A DNA stretch of 64,000 nt, taken from contig AP024596.1 of the NCBI GenBank assembly GCA_019704295.1, forward strand, positions 192,001 to 256,000, written 5' to 3'. The position numbers and the translations under genes are program-made. Below the pieces are notes generated by a model, which worked only from the letters and a program-made list of their open reading frames with translations, did not search any database and was not told the DNA's origin. This stretch comes from Sulfolobales archaeon HS-7 (lineage in GTDB: Archaea > Thermoproteota > Thermoprotei_A > Sulfolobales > Sulfolobaceae). This document shows positions 10,783-20,903 of this stretch, in pieces. Position 1 is the first letter of the stretch. Every line of letters begins with the position of its first letter.

Positions 10783-11144
10783 GTGTCCAATGTGCAATAA
10801 ATGTTATTTACTTAATTAACTACTTTAACATATGGAATACTCCATCTCTTAGTACATGATCAGGGAGATAGTACGGGGGGGAATTACGAGAGATCAAACT
10901 CCTTTACTGCCTTCATGAGCTTAAAAATATTCTGTTTTACCCTCTGTTAACTCTTAACTCATAACGCCAAAACCTCTTTTTAGCTTTTGTTGTCAAGAAA
11001 TATGTGGTTACTTGTGCTTATTATTAATAAAATTATATTTTATGTTACTTTCATGCCTGTAATTAAACGGATTTAATTCTAGAGAGACGTGTTTCATAAC
11101 TTTTTAGTTTATTTAGTTGTTCATGTTAATTACACATTGGACAC
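10783..11144. mobile_element. 362-bp non-coding element with long imperfect TIRs (second MITE or internally deleted IS type)
   Basis: GTGTCCAATGTGCAATAAA at 10783 versus reverse complement GTGTCCAATGTGTAATTAA ending at 11144; similarity extends ~65 bp; no TSD seen. Confidence 0.7.
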
Positions 11145-11410
11145 CATCACGTGTTTTCAAGTGAGGAAACTCCCTTGAATCAGGCCTATTTGAACGGTGT
11201 ACAGTATATTAGAGATAATCTGATATGCTATTACAGATATATATCGAATACGATGACTCCATGAGAACACTCCCTCGTAATTAGCCGAGAATACTTCCAC
11301 GGGAAAAACACATAGCATTAGGGGGATAGCGATCCATTACGATGTCGATCTAAGCAGCGTTCTGAAATCCCTACTCCCATAGCTTTGTTAGAGGCGAAGC
11401 GTGTAGTGCC

Positions 11411-12557
11411 TTGGGCTTAATTAGTGAATTTTTTTTGAGGAAATCATAAACGAGTTCAAGAATGTAATTGCGAAGGAATTCTAAGATTTTAATTTCCTTA
11501 AACGGAATTAACGTTAGTTAAGCTGTGGACCCATACTTTACGCTACCCGCTGATCTTTCCCACTATTAGGTTAATATTCCACTTCTTAGCCATCTCCTCA
11601 AGTTCCCTATAGGTTTTTTTCCTCGTGGTCATAATTATAAGGTACTTTGCCGGTTCTTTCCCATACTTTCTCCTAAATACCTCAGCCTTCCTTAATATCT
11701 TGTTAATTTCGTCAGTAGATTGCGTAAATGAAGTAACTTCACCAATTATTGGGGGATCCTCGCTGAAAACGTCAATCTCCTCACCTTCTATTATAGTCGA
11801 GGTCAAAGATTTATCTTTTGGTAATATTTTCATATCCTTTAGGTAATTTTCGAGAAATCTTCTCACGAATTCTTCGAAAGTCATTCCGGCAAACTGGGAT
11901 AAGTCGGTAAATCCCTTTAACATAGCTCCGAACATTCTATCTACTTTTTTATCTAGCCTCTTGTAGGAGAGTTTCAGCTCTTTTACTTCATTCAAAAGTT
12001 TGTTGAAGTCCTCCCTAAGCTTTACCTGTTCTTGGGCTAACCTAGTCTGTTCCTCAGATAACTTCTGGAAGTCCTCCCTAAGCTTTACCTGTTCTTGGGC
12101 TAACCTAGTCTGTTCCTCAGATAACTTCTGGAAGTCCTCCCTGAGCTTTACCTGTTCTTGGTAAAGTTTGTTGAAGTCCTCCCTGAGCTTTACCTGTTCT
12201 TGGGCTAACCTAGTCTGTTCCTCAGATAGCCTTTGAATGTCCTGTCTATATATTTTAAGCTCTCTAGATATTTCCGTTAATGTAACGTTCTCTATGAGCT
12301 TTTTCAGCTTATCAGCTAGTTCGGGATTCTCCGTTATCTCAGCAATTAGCCTCTCAGTAAGAGAGCCTGAACTCATTAATTATAATTAAGTCGTTTACGC
12401 GTTATTAACTTAACTTTCTGTGGGATTTCTTGAACTTGTTTAGGAAAAAATCCCTAATTTTCTGTTAGTTGAATATAAATTTCGTCATTATTAATAAAAC
12501 CGTCAGAAACGTACAGTACCTAACCGATATCGATAAACTACTCTTCATCTCTTATCT
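11411..12557 (-). repeat. Copy 1 (1147 bp) of duplicated coiled-coil nuclease unit; inverted partner 61092-62301
   Basis: Flanks and non-repeat coding sequence identical to copy 2; copy 2 has 63 extra bp in the heptad array. Confidence 0.95.
11543..12376 (-). CDS. Heptad-repeat coiled-coil protein with C-terminal PD-(D/E)XK nuclease-like domain
   Basis: 11 heptads (LSEEQT/RLAQEQV/KLREDF); G.TFEE..., EEIDVF...IIGEVT restriction-like fold motifs. Confidence 0.8.
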   Translation of the reverse strand: MSSGSLTERLIAEITENPELADKLKKLIENVTLTEISRELKIYRQDIQRLSEEQTRLAQEQVKLREDFNKLYQEQVKLREDFQKLSEEQTRLAQEQVKLREDFQKLSEEQTRLAQEQVKLREDFNKLLNEVKELKLSYKRLDKKVDRMFGAMLKGFTDLSQFAGMTFEEFVRRFLENYLKDMKILPKDKSLTSTIIEGEEIDVFSEDPPIIGEVTSFTQSTDEINKILRKAEVFRRKYGKEPAKYLIIMTTRKKTYRELEEMAKKWNINLIVGKISG

Positions 12558-12813
12558 GTACAAGGAGCACTAAGCCTGTGAAAGTAATCAGTGTTCAATC
12601 ATAAGTCTAATTCTGTAAGGCCTTCGCTTAACTAGTTTATACCTTATCAGAACATAAAAACCAAGGTGATTGGTTTGTATAATAACAATAACTTCCGATA
12701 CTATCATTCCCAGTATTCCAAAGAGTTAGGCATGTTATGCGTTGCCCTATGAGAGATCCTTGCTTGAACATCAAGGTCTGACTAAGTATAATGTTATCTC
12801 GGTAATCGTTCAT

Positions 12814-13881
12814 TTATTTCATAAGAGAATCTAAGGCCGTACCTATAACAGGGTCGGCTAACTCATAATTTCCCTTATCGCTCTTGATGACGTATCCTCT
12901 CTTCTCCAGGTTATTCAGGTATCTCCCTAGTTCAGCGTCAAATATTGTCCTCCTCCTCTTATCTTCGAAGTATCTCTTTATTTCGCTCCACCTCCTATAT
13001 CCCTTAGCTATGGCCTCAACTACTACGATGTATTCCCTGGAGAAATGGCTCAATTCCTCAACCGTAGTTTTCATCGCAAGTTCCAGGATATCGTCCACAA
13101 AGGTCTTCCTAACTTCCTTAGTTCTTAAACACCGAAGCCCGAACTCCGTCAGCCACCCTACAACACCGTCAAGTTTCTCCACAGCAAACTCTAGGACGTC
13201 CTTTGGGGGGGTTATTCCGATCTGTTCGAAACCCTTCTCTAGGAAATCCAAAGAACGTGACGAATCAAATTTGTTTACTCTTACCTCCTCTAAGTGTCTC
13301 CCGTAGAGGGGAGAGGAGGGGTCCTCAACCTTTAGAAAATCGTACAATAGTCCTATCTCAGAGCCGGTTAAGATGAAGGTCACATTCTTACAGTAATCGT
13401 AACAGTGGGCTAGAAGGGAGAGCATCTCCTGGCCTAACTTTCCTCTGAGGTTTTGAGCCTCATCAAAGGCTATGATCACCCTACTTTCCTCATTTATCCT
13501 GTCCAAGATCTGAGTAAGTGAAGCTCTTTCGTTAGGATCCCAGGATAGGGAAACGTTAACTTCAAATACCGAAATTCCTCTGATGTGCTTAAGGATGGAT
13601 CTAATGGGTAATCTCCTATTTAGCTGCGATAGTACCTCCGAAAATATTGTATAGATTGCCCTATAAGAGGAGAGCGGAAGTCTTCCGTCTACTAGTGCGT
13701 GAGGTAAATCGATGTCATTTAGGAAAGCCTTCAGGATTGAGGTCTTGCCTACTCTCCTTATACCGGTAAGAAGAACTATGGGTTCTGACATAGCTGAACT
13801 TAGCGAGTTAAGTTCCTCTTCCCTATCGTACAACTGCTCCCTAGTTTCCTTTGGTCGTCCATCAAAGAAAATAACTAACAC
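12814..13881 (-). CDS. Archaeal AAA+/STAND-like ATPase with C-terminal wHTH
   Basis: LYDREEEL, Walker A GIRRVGKTS, Walker B IAFDEAQ, LTGSEIG, SPLYGR, C-terminal YLNNLEKRGYV..YELADP. Confidence 0.88.
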   Translation of the reverse strand: MLVIFFDGRPKETREQLYDREEELNSLSSAMSEPIVLLTGIRRVGKTSILKAFLNDIDLPHALVDGRLPLSSYRAIYTIFSEVLSQLNRRLPIRSILKHIRGISVFEVNVSLSWDPNERASLTQILDRINEESRVIIAFDEAQNLRGKLGQEMLSLLAHCYDYCKNVTFILTGSEIGLLYDFLKVEDPSSPLYGRHLEEVRVNKFDSSRSLDFLEKGFEQIGITPPKDVLEFAVEKLDGVVGWLTEFGLRCLRTKEVRKTFVDDILELAMKTTVEELSHFSREYIVVVEAIAKGYRRWSEIKRYFEDKRRRTIFDAELGRYLNNLEKRGYVIKSDKGNYELADPVIGTALDSLMK

Positions 13882-13908
13882 CCTGTTAGTATACTAACAC
13901 CCTGTTAG
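13874..13908. promoter_or_regulatory. Tandem palindromic operator (CTAACA-CCC-TGTTAG x2) between the TATA box and start of the ATPase gene
   Basis: ACTAACACCCTGTTAG at 13874-13889 and 13893-13908; minus-strand CTTAAAT box immediately upstream. Confidence 0.6.
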
Positions 13909-14243
13909 ATTTAAGGTTTCTCATTCAGTCGTCCTGTGTTCATCATGAGATAACATATAGCCCTTAGGATACCATCCTTAGCGCGAATGAATACGATACA
14001 TCTCAAATGGAGATCAATGAATTACTTCAATCCATTGGGGGGTTCGGGAAATACCATTGACGAGAGCAATGTATAGGAACAACTGAAATTTAATATTAAA
14101 TAATTAATAATTAATTTAAAGCGACTTCAATTCAATTGATTGCTAATATCCCACAATCCACGTTTATATTGCATACTATGCAGAATTTGCATTAATAGAA
14201 AGATTAAAATACGTTTAATCATAGATATTAATTAAGTGAGAAT

Positions 14244-14477
14244 ATGAGCCTTAAGATATATAAAAAATTAGATCTTACAGGGGTTTCTTGTGCCGGACCT
14301 CTGGGAGAGCTATCGGGAACTTTTGATGAACTACAGCCTGGGGAGGCTGTAGAAGTTCTATTAGGGGACGAAGCGACCCGAAATGACATTTTGGTGTGGT
14401 CGAAAAAGCGAGGAGCTAAGATTGTAGAGGATTCGAAAGAGGGGAATAGGTACAGATTAGTAATACAGAGGCTGTAA
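14244..14477 (+). CDS. tusA: TusA/SirA-family sulfur carrier
   Basis: [11 protein letters not shown] (variant of the CPxP motif), GEAVEVL..D; 77 aa. Confidence 0.85.
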   Translation: MSLKIYKKLDLTGVSCAGPLGELSGTFDELQPGEAVEVLLGDEATRNDILVWSKKRGAKIVEDSKEGNRYRLVIQRL

Positions 14478-14479
14478 AG

Positions 14480-15634
14480 ATGAAAAGGGTAATTATAGCA
14501 GGAGGAGGAATAGCAGGAACGATTTTGGCTAACAGACTCTCTGACAAGCTAGCTGCTGAACTAAAGAAAGGGGAAATCGAGCTAGTAGTTTTAGACAGAA
14601 CGGACAAACACGTTTATCAGCCTGGACAACTCTTTGTAAGCCTGGGATTGTCAGAGCCTGAGGAGATTGTTAGGAATGAAAGGGAACTATTGAATCCTCA
14701 CGTGAAATTCTTCACAGGTACATCAGGAGAGATGACGAAGATAGATGTAGCTAATCATCAGGTATTAACAGCTGACGGAAAGGCTCACTCATATGATTAC
14801 TTGGTGATTGCCACCGGATCCCATAACAACTACGACGAAATACCCGGTCTGAAGGAGGCCGAATTCACGCCCTGGGATCTAGAGAGTGCAGTAAAGATGA
14901 GGGAAGTGGTCCAAAACTTCAATGGAGGAACGGTAGTAATAAACGTTGCTAGAACTCCGCACAAATGTCCAGTAGGACCTTTAGAGCTTACGTTTATGTT
15001 TGAGGATATGGTGAGGAGGAGAGGGATAAGGGATAAAACCGAGATTATTTACACTTATCCCGTTCAGGGGGTTTTCGGCATACCCAGTACGAATCAGGTG
15101 ATGCTAAAGATTTTCGAGGAACGGGGGATAAAAGTGGTGTCTCCTTTCAAGGTCGCAAAGGTAGATCCGAAGGAGAAGGTGATCGAATCGGATGACGGAC
15201 AAAAGCTGAAATTCGACTACCTCTTCGGAGTACCACCTAACGTGGGAGCTAAGGTGATAAAGGACTCTGGTATAGGAGACAGAAGTAACTGGGTTCCAAC
15301 GGATAAGTACACCTTAAGAATGGAGAATCAGAGCAACGTTTACGTCATGGGAGATACGACAAACCTTCCCATATCTAAGGCGGGTTCAACAGCGGACTTC
15401 GAGTCCTATGTGATCACGGGAAATTTAGTTAATGACATAAGGGGAACAGGGAGTAAAAGGATGTTTGACGGCTCGGTATTTTGTTACATAGCTACCGGAC
15501 TTGACCAGGCGACTTACATAAGGTTCAACTATAATTACCCTCCGGTACCACCTCCTCCCTCCTACGTGCATTGGTGGGGCAAGATAATGTATAACAGGAT
15601 GTACTGGACGGTTACTGCGAAGGGAATAGTATGA
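14480..15634 (+). CDS. sqr: Sulfide:quinone oxidoreductase-like flavoprotein (short, type III-like)
   Basis: [27 protein letters not shown] (catalytic Cys), GDT...SKAGS, FCYIATG (second Cys). Confidence 0.8.
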   Translation: MKRVIIAGGGIAGTILANRLSDKLAAELKKGEIELVVLDRTDKHVYQPGQLFVSLGLSEPEEIVRNERELLNPHVKFFTGTSGEMTKIDVANHQVLTADGKAHSYDYLVIATGSHNNYDEIPGLKEAEFTPWDLESAVKMREVVQNFNGGTVVINVARTPHKCPVGPLELTFMFEDMVRRRGIRDKTEIIYTYPVQGVFGIPSTNQVMLKIFEERGIKVVSPFKVAKVDPKEKVIESDDGQKLKFDYLFGVPPNVGAKVIKDSGIGDRSNWVPTDKYTLRMENQSNVYVMGDTTNLPISKAGSTADFESYVITGNLVNDIRGTGSKRMFDGSVFCYIATGLDQATYIRFNYNYPPVPPPPSYVHWWGKIMYNRMYWTVTAKGIV

Positions 15635-16002
15635 GACATGGATTGATAGTGGGCACTAACGACAAAAGCAGGTTAGTCTACGCAAGTATGGAGGCTGTAG
15701 TAAGAACGTCATTGGGAGATGAGGTGTCTATCTTTTTCACGATGGATGGAGTAAAAGCTATTACAAGGAATCCTGAAACGGTAACTAAGAACGATTCGTC
15801 GAAATACCTCGAGAGTTCGAACGAGTTTTACGAGAACCTAAGTAAGACTAAGAAGACGGGAAGGGCTAAGGTGTATGCTTGTTCGTATGCGTCTAAACTT
15901 TACGGATTTTCTAAAGAGTCGTATTCGGATCTCGTTGACGCCATTGTTGGAATTACGACATTCATAGGCGAAGTGGACGGACAGATAGTATCGATCTGGT
16001 GA
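15631..16002 (+). CDS. DsrE/DsrF-like sulfurtransferase
   Basis: [25 protein letters not shown] motifs; in operon with tusA and sqr. Confidence 0.8.
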   Translation: MRHGLIVGTNDKSRLVYASMEAVVRTSLGDEVSIFFTMDGVKAITRNPETVTKNDSSKYLESSNEFYENLSKTKKTGRAKVYACSYASKLYGFSKESYSDLVDAIVGITTFIGEVDGQIVSIW

Positions 16003-16910
16003 TAAAAGTGGAACAGATTAACTTGGACACGATCTTAAACAAGCTTGATCAGAAAAAACTGGATGACATAGCATCAATGTTAGATAGATTAGGTACTCTA
16101 AACGACGTTCTTTCGCGACTTGAGGAGCTTAAACAGTCGGGAGCGTTTGACGTGTTAATTAACACCTCCTATGCTCTCAAAACGATGAGGGATATGCTTA
16201 ACGATGACGCTATACAGAACGTAGCAGGAATGACAAGTACTATAATGGAGGTATTGAAGACCGCTTCAGATCAAGAGGTCAAGGACAGGCTAATTTCTGT
16301 CCTTAAGGGATTGGAAGGAATTGAAATGTTAACTAACAAGCTAAGGGAATTAACCTCCTCTGGCGCACTGGATGTCCTGGTTAACATGTCGTATGCGCTT
16401 AAGACGTTAAAGGACATGTTAAATGATGACGCGATACAGAACATTGCATCCTATACTTCCTCTCTTCTAGAATTACTTAAGGTGATGGACGACAGAACGA
16501 TAAGTTCTATGAAGAACGTCATAGTGAAGTTTAACACACTAGAAAAGGTAGTTTCAAAGTTAGAGGAGTTGGACAAAAGTGGAACATTGGATACGCTGAT
16601 GGAAATGGGATATCTAGTAAAGACCATGCGAGATATGCTAAACGAGGATTCTCTAGTCAACCTTGCGACGACGCTATCGACTGCCCTGGAATTCCTTAAA
16701 GGCGGTAAGGATTTCCTTGATCTATTTAATAGTAGCCTTGGTAGGGTAGTTGCCGAAGTAGCAGCTTCAGACGAAATGAGAAAGGTTATTGACAACCCCA
16801 CTCCTTACAACCTATCGAGGATTATAAAGGCGCTGGGAGATCCTGACGTTCAGAAGGGAGTTGGAATAATGATGACGTACCTGAAACTACTGGGTCAAAG
16901 GGAGAGTTAA
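15999..16910 (+). CDS. DUF1641-domain protein with three internal helical repeats
   Basis: C-terminal LSRIIKALGDPDVQKGVG; three ~74-aa repeats SG(A/T)(F/L)D..LKT(M/L)(R/K)DMLN(D/E)D. Confidence 0.8.
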   Translation: MIKVEQINLDTILNKLDQKKLDDIASMLDRLGTLNDVLSRLEELKQSGAFDVLINTSYALKTMRDMLNDDAIQNVAGMTSTIMEVLKTASDQEVKDRLISVLKGLEGIEMLTNKLRELTSSGALDVLVNMSYALKTLKDMLNDDAIQNIASYTSSLLELLKVMDDRTISSMKNVIVKFNTLEKVVSKLEELDKSGTLDTLMEMGYLVKTMRDMLNEDSLVNLATTLSTALEFLKGGKDFLDLFNSSLGRVVAEVAASDEMRKVIDNPTPYNLSRIIKALGDPDVQKGVGIMMTYLKLLGQRES

Positions 16911-16911
16911 A

Positions 16912-17475
16912 TTAAATTTTTTTGCAATCTATTGACGCTTCCTTGAAAAGGAGTTTTAAAAGAGGATCAGGGATATTCGCCTCCTCCCTGTAATTTTCGT
17001 GGAGTACTAGTATTTTCGCAGTAGAAGGAGATGCGCTGCTTATATCGAAGAAGAGATATTGGACTGTAGAGAATTCCTCTCCTTGTTCTCTTCCCTTCTC
17101 TGGAACTCCTTGTATAAGCTTGTCTCCTATTTTAAGGAAAATTGAGTTGTATATTCCCCTTAAGGTTCTGAAAACCTCCTTAAGGTCGGCTTCATTCCAA
17201 GCGTTAATAAATAGAGTTGCCTTGATTAAGTTATTACATGGAATCATGGTTGAGTAGAGCTCAATCTCCCTCTTTATGTCATCTTCTTTTTCAAGCTTGT
17301 CTAAGTAGATCATTTCCTGTATTTGATGTATGACGGTTTCTTTGTTTTCGAAGAGCAACGTTAGCCTCTTTCCAAGTTCGAATCTCCTATCCCTCTTTAT
17401 CTCCGCTATTTGCTTATACCTTTCCATCCTGACTTTTTCATAGTCTTTCCAATTCATGAATTGTGAAGGATCCAT
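16912..17475 (-). CDS. DUF3501 family protein
   Basis: RRFELG..LTLLFEN.ETV.HQIQEM, ATLFI, STVQYLFF; typical rubrerythrin-cluster position. Confidence 0.85.
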   Translation of the reverse strand: MDPSQFMNWKDYEKVRMERYKQIAEIKRDRRFELGKRLTLLFENKETVIHQIQEMIYLDKLEKEDDIKREIELYSTMIPCNNLIKATLFINAWNEADLKEVFRTLRGIYNSIFLKIGDKLIQGVPEKGREQGEEFSTVQYLFFDISSASPSTAKILVLHENYREEANIPDPLLKLLFKEASIDCKKI

Positions 17476-18669
17476 TTATAATGCCTCCTTAAGGAGGGAT
17501 ATGGGATGCTTTGGCTTTACTCCTGTGGCTTTAGTGATCTGCATACCCGCTAGCGGACATTCCGTAACGAAGACGTCGGCCTTACCATCTTTAAATGCGT
17601 CCATCATTCCCTTACCAACCCTCTTTGCAGTATCGTAATGTCTCAACCCCCAACCTCCATCTATTCCTGAACAACCCTTATCGACTCTTTCCACCTCAAC
17701 TTTAACTCCTCTTAGTAACTGCACTCCTGGCTGACCTACCCCTAAGTACCTGAGGTGACATGGTGGGTGATATAGGGCTTTAAGAGGTTTCTCACCCTTT
17801 ATGTTTACTTTCCCCTCCTTTTTTAGCTTCAGGAGAAACTCCATTGCGTCGTAGACCTTAGGTACGTCCTTAAGTAGGTGCGAGTACTCTTTGGTAACCA
17901 TTAGGGTACACGTAGGTATGGGACACACCACATCGTAGCCTTTGTTAACGAATTCCCTAATTAACTTGGCGTTGTGCTCTGCATTCCTCTTCAATCCCCA
18001 TGCATTTCCAGAGTCCAAAAAAGGCGCCCCGCAACATTTGAAGTTAGCGGCAACTACCTTTATTCCCAGTTTAGTGTAAACCTCTACGAGGTCTTTTCCT
18101 ATCTCGGGAAAGAAGTTCTCAACAAGACATGTATGGAAGAGAACGACTTTAGCCACCGGATTACTCACGTCATTCTCCCTGAACTCCTCGAGGAAACCCC
18201 TCTCCGATATTTCCAGTTGCGGAGCATCCTCTTGTACGCCCGCGTAACCTGAAAGGACCTTATAGGCTTCCCTCCCTACTTTACCTAACTTCCTGATGAG
18301 TGGTATTCCGTCAGTTAACGACATTAAGGACTCTTTTAGGGGGACGCCTTTCACAGTTCTAAAGTAAAGCCATCCCCACTCTAAGATCCTGGGGAAATCC
18401 ATGCTAAACTCATGAGGTGGTGTATATGGACAATTTACAAAGCACATATTGCAGTGAAAGCACTTTGAGGCTACTTCCTCCACATCCTCGAGAGTTAACG
18501 CCCCTGGACCCTTTTCGTCCGTTTTTTTGAATAGGGTTGGAAAAGAGTCGCAGTAGTTAAAACACCTTCTGCATCCATGACAAACTGTGGATTGCCTAAC
18601 GAACTCCTTCAATAGTGATTTACTATCATAAAATCTAGGGTTGTCAGGATCTAAAATCATGATTATCAC
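17476..18669 (-). CDS. Fe-S oxidoreductase (4Fe-4S dicluster + two CCG domains), rubrerythrin-associated
   Basis: CHGCRRCFNYC, CFHCNMCFVNCP, CCGAP, CSGIDG, TECPLA. Confidence 0.88.
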   Translation of the reverse strand: MIIMILDPDNPRFYDSKSLLKEFVRQSTVCHGCRRCFNYCDSFPTLFKKTDEKGPGALTLEDVEEVASKCFHCNMCFVNCPYTPPHEFSMDFPRILEWGWLYFRTVKGVPLKESLMSLTDGIPLIRKLGKVGREAYKVLSGYAGVQEDAPQLEISERGFLEEFRENDVSNPVAKVVLFHTCLVENFFPEIGKDLVEVYTKLGIKVVAANFKCCGAPFLDSGNAWGLKRNAEHNAKLIREFVNKGYDVVCPIPTCTLMVTKEYSHLLKDVPKVYDAMEFLLKLKKEGKVNIKGEKPLKALYHPPCHLRYLGVGQPGVQLLRGVKVEVERVDKGCSGIDGGWGLRHYDTAKRVGKGMMDAFKDGKADVFVTECPLAGMQITKATGVKPKHPISLLKEAL

Positions 18670-18687
18670 AGAAAAAGAGGAAAAAAT

Positions 18688-19116
18688 TTATCCCTTTAGT
18701 TCCTTAAGAAGTTGTTCGAACTTAGCTGCGTGACTCTTTTCGGCTTTGGCTAAAGTCTCATACCACTCCGCTAGTTCAGTGAAGCCCTCCTCTCTAGCGT
18801 CCTTGGCAAACCCAGGATACATCTGAGTCCACTCGTAAGTTTCGCCCTCTATTGCGGACTTTATCATATCCTCTAAAGTGTTTATCTTAACGCCTGTGGC
18901 GGGATCTCCCATATTCCCCTGTCTTACGAAATCGAGATGACCGAACGCGTGAGCTGTCTCCCCTTCAGCTATACTCCTTATTGTAGCAGCTATTTCTGGG
19001 TACCCTTCTTCGTCTGCTCTCCTTGCAAAGTAGAGGTATCTCCTGTTAGCCATGGACTCCCCTATAAAAGCGTTTTTCAAGTTCGTTTCCGATTTAGTAC
19101 CTTTTAACTCCTTCAT
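18688..19116 (-). CDS. rbr: Rubrerythrin lacking rubredoxin domain (sulerythrin-type)
   Basis: AFIGESMANRRY, EGETAHA, GETYEWTQMYP, AEKSHA di-iron ligands. Confidence 0.93.
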   Translation of the reverse strand: MKELKGTKSETNLKNAFIGESMANRRYLYFARRADEEGYPEIAATIRSIAEGETAHAFGHLDFVRQGNMGDPATGVKINTLEDMIKSAIEGETYEWTQMYPGFAKDAREEGFTELAEWYETLAKAEKSHAAKFEQLLKELKG

Positions 19117-19189
19117 GGTTATCTGAGATATTGATCCTCTACTTAAATAAAAACTTTTTCTTAGTATGAACTCCTTACTTGTAGTAATT

Positions 19190-20215
19190 TCAAAAAACGG
19201 GCAACGTTACGTTTTCGTGAGTTCTTACGTAGGATGTGTTTACGTATCTGGGAAAAGTTCCATTAAGTATTCCCCTGATCATGGCAATTGCGTAAACTGA
19301 TAACGGACCCGGCTCGTTAAGCAGACTCGCTGGCAACCCCTCCGACATAACGTATATCTTATATTGATAGCTGTTTCCTAGGAAACCTTCTATAGTATTT
19401 ACTACGCCCGTAACATTCGAAAAGTCCTGAGCTATTATTACTCCCGGTTGAAGGGATAGTAGCGTCGCACCTGACTCTACAGGATAGGCAGTAGTTACGT
19501 TCTGGTATACGTTTACTCCTCCAGCATCGCTAATAATGACGGAGATGAAGGAATTTCCAGAGACGGTGTAGAAAGTGTTACCAGGTTCCCAACAAAGCAC
19601 GTAAGCCACTTTTACGTTGCCGTGAGTTGAAAAAGCACTTATCTTACTCTCCATCCAATTGATTAGGAGCTGAGCCTGATGTTCCTTATTGAACACCTTT
19701 CCTACTAACTCTATATCCGAGAAAATTTCCGAAAAGTTGTTGTCTAGGCTTCCATGAAGGTAAAGGACAGGTAATCCAGCCTCTACGAAGTCCTTATAGT
19801 AACCTCCTTCAATTCCCGCGTCTGCTATGATCAGAGAGGGATGATATTTTTCGAGTAGAGCAGCGTCGAGAGTAGGATACGTGACGTTGGCTGGAAGAAT
19901 TGTTACGTTACTTGGGAGTAAAGAGGTCTCATTTACCTGTTCTAGCAGTTGATAGGAGTAATAGTCTATCGCGACTAGATCCTTTGTAAGATTCAAAGCT
20001 ATTAGTATCTGCGTTACACTAGGTGCAAGGGATATTACTCTGGTAGGATAAGCCGGAATCGTAACGTTGTTTCCGAGGCCGTCGACGACAGTTAGCGGGT
20101 AATAGTTGACTGACTTTGATAAGTGAGTATGTGAGGTGAAATAGTACCCGGCAAATATACTCGCTGCGATAATTATTACTGCAAGTGCTATCCCGATAAC
20201 AACGGTGGATTTCAT
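19190..20215 (-). CDS. ABC transporter substrate-binding protein, BtuF/Fe-siderophore family
   Basis: N-terminal TM; VDGLGNNVTIPAYPTRVISLAPSVTQIL; SFISVIISDAGGVN; EPGP. Confidence 0.85.
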   Translation of the reverse strand: MKSTVVIGIALAVIIIAASIFAGYYFTSHTHLSKSVNYYPLTVVDGLGNNVTIPAYPTRVISLAPSVTQILIALNLTKDLVAIDYYSYQLLEQVNETSLLPSNVTILPANVTYPTLDAALLEKYHPSLIIADAGIEGGYYKDFVEAGLPVLYLHGSLDNNFSEIFSDIELVGKVFNKEHQAQLLINWMESKISAFSTHGNVKVAYVLCWEPGNTFYTVSGNSFISVIISDAGGVNVYQNVTTAYPVESGATLLSLQPGVIIAQDFSNVTGVVNTIEGFLGNSYQYKIYVMSEGLPASLLNEPGPLSVYAIAMIRGILNGTFPRYVNTSYVRTHENVTLPVF

Positions 20216-20218
20216 AGA

Positions 20219-20234
20219 TGGATAGGCTATCCAA
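20219..20234. promoter_or_regulatory. Palindromic operator TGGATAGGCTATCCAA upstream of the binding-protein gene
   Basis: Nearly identical to 21841-21857; lies 3 nt upstream of the start codon. Confidence 0.65.
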
Positions 20235-20237
20235 GCC

Positions 20238-20903
20238 TTAAAAAATTACCGGTACGTAGTATTTGATCGAGCTAAGCGTGATTTCAGTAATGGGTATGGA
20301 AAACGCCTCTGACAATATTTCGGAATTTACATTCTGACCATGATAGAACACTTTTCCCTCCTTAAGCACGGTTACTGTAGAGGCAAAAGATACTATACCT
20401 AGGTCGTGAGTGGCCACAACTACTTGCCTGTTAGAGGATAATTGGAGGACTCTGGTAGCTACGACGTGTCTGTTCAACGGATCCAAGTTTGCCGTTGGTT
20501 CATCTAATAACAGGATCTTGTTCGTAAGAAGGGCTTTCGCTATTAGTACTAGGCGTTTTTCCCCGGAACTCAAAGTGGGGAAACTTCTGTATGCTAACTT
20601 AGCTATGCCCATTTCCCTGAGTGCCTCAAGGGCCTGCTTTATCTCATCTTCCTTTGGGAAAAACCACGCGTCCTTAGCCAGGAGGATCTTCATTACTGAA
20701 CTCTTAAAATCGGGCACCTCAGCAGGTATGTAAACCGCATCTAATAGCTTAGGGTGTTTTGGAAGGAGTCCCGCGAGTGCCTTGAGTAGAGTCGTTTTTC
20801 CAGCACCATTAGGTCCTACTATTACGTTTAATCCATCACTTAACTTCAATTTAACTCCTGAAAGTATAGGAGAACCTCCGATTTCAACACTCACTTCAAT
20901 CAA
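20238..20903 (-). CDS. ABC transporter ATP-binding protein (FecE/BtuD-like)
   Basis: GPNGAGKTT, LSSGE, LLLDEPT, THD. Confidence 0.9.
   Translation of the reverse strand: MIEVSVEIGGSPILSGVKLKLSDGLNVIVGPNGAGKTTLLKALAGLLPKHPKLLDAVYIPAEVPDFKSSVMKILLAKDAWFFPKEDEIKQALEALREMGIAKLAYRSFPTLSSGEKRLVLIAKALLTNKILLLDEPTANLDPLNRHVVATRVLQLSSNRQVVVATHDLGIVSFASTVTVLKEGKVFYHGQNVNSEILSEAFSIPITEITLSSIKYYVPVIF

Noticed and set aside
16912-19116. Rubrerythrin/Fe-S oxidoreductase/DUF3501 as a novel system
   Set aside because: This is an already described conserved oxidative-stress gene cluster
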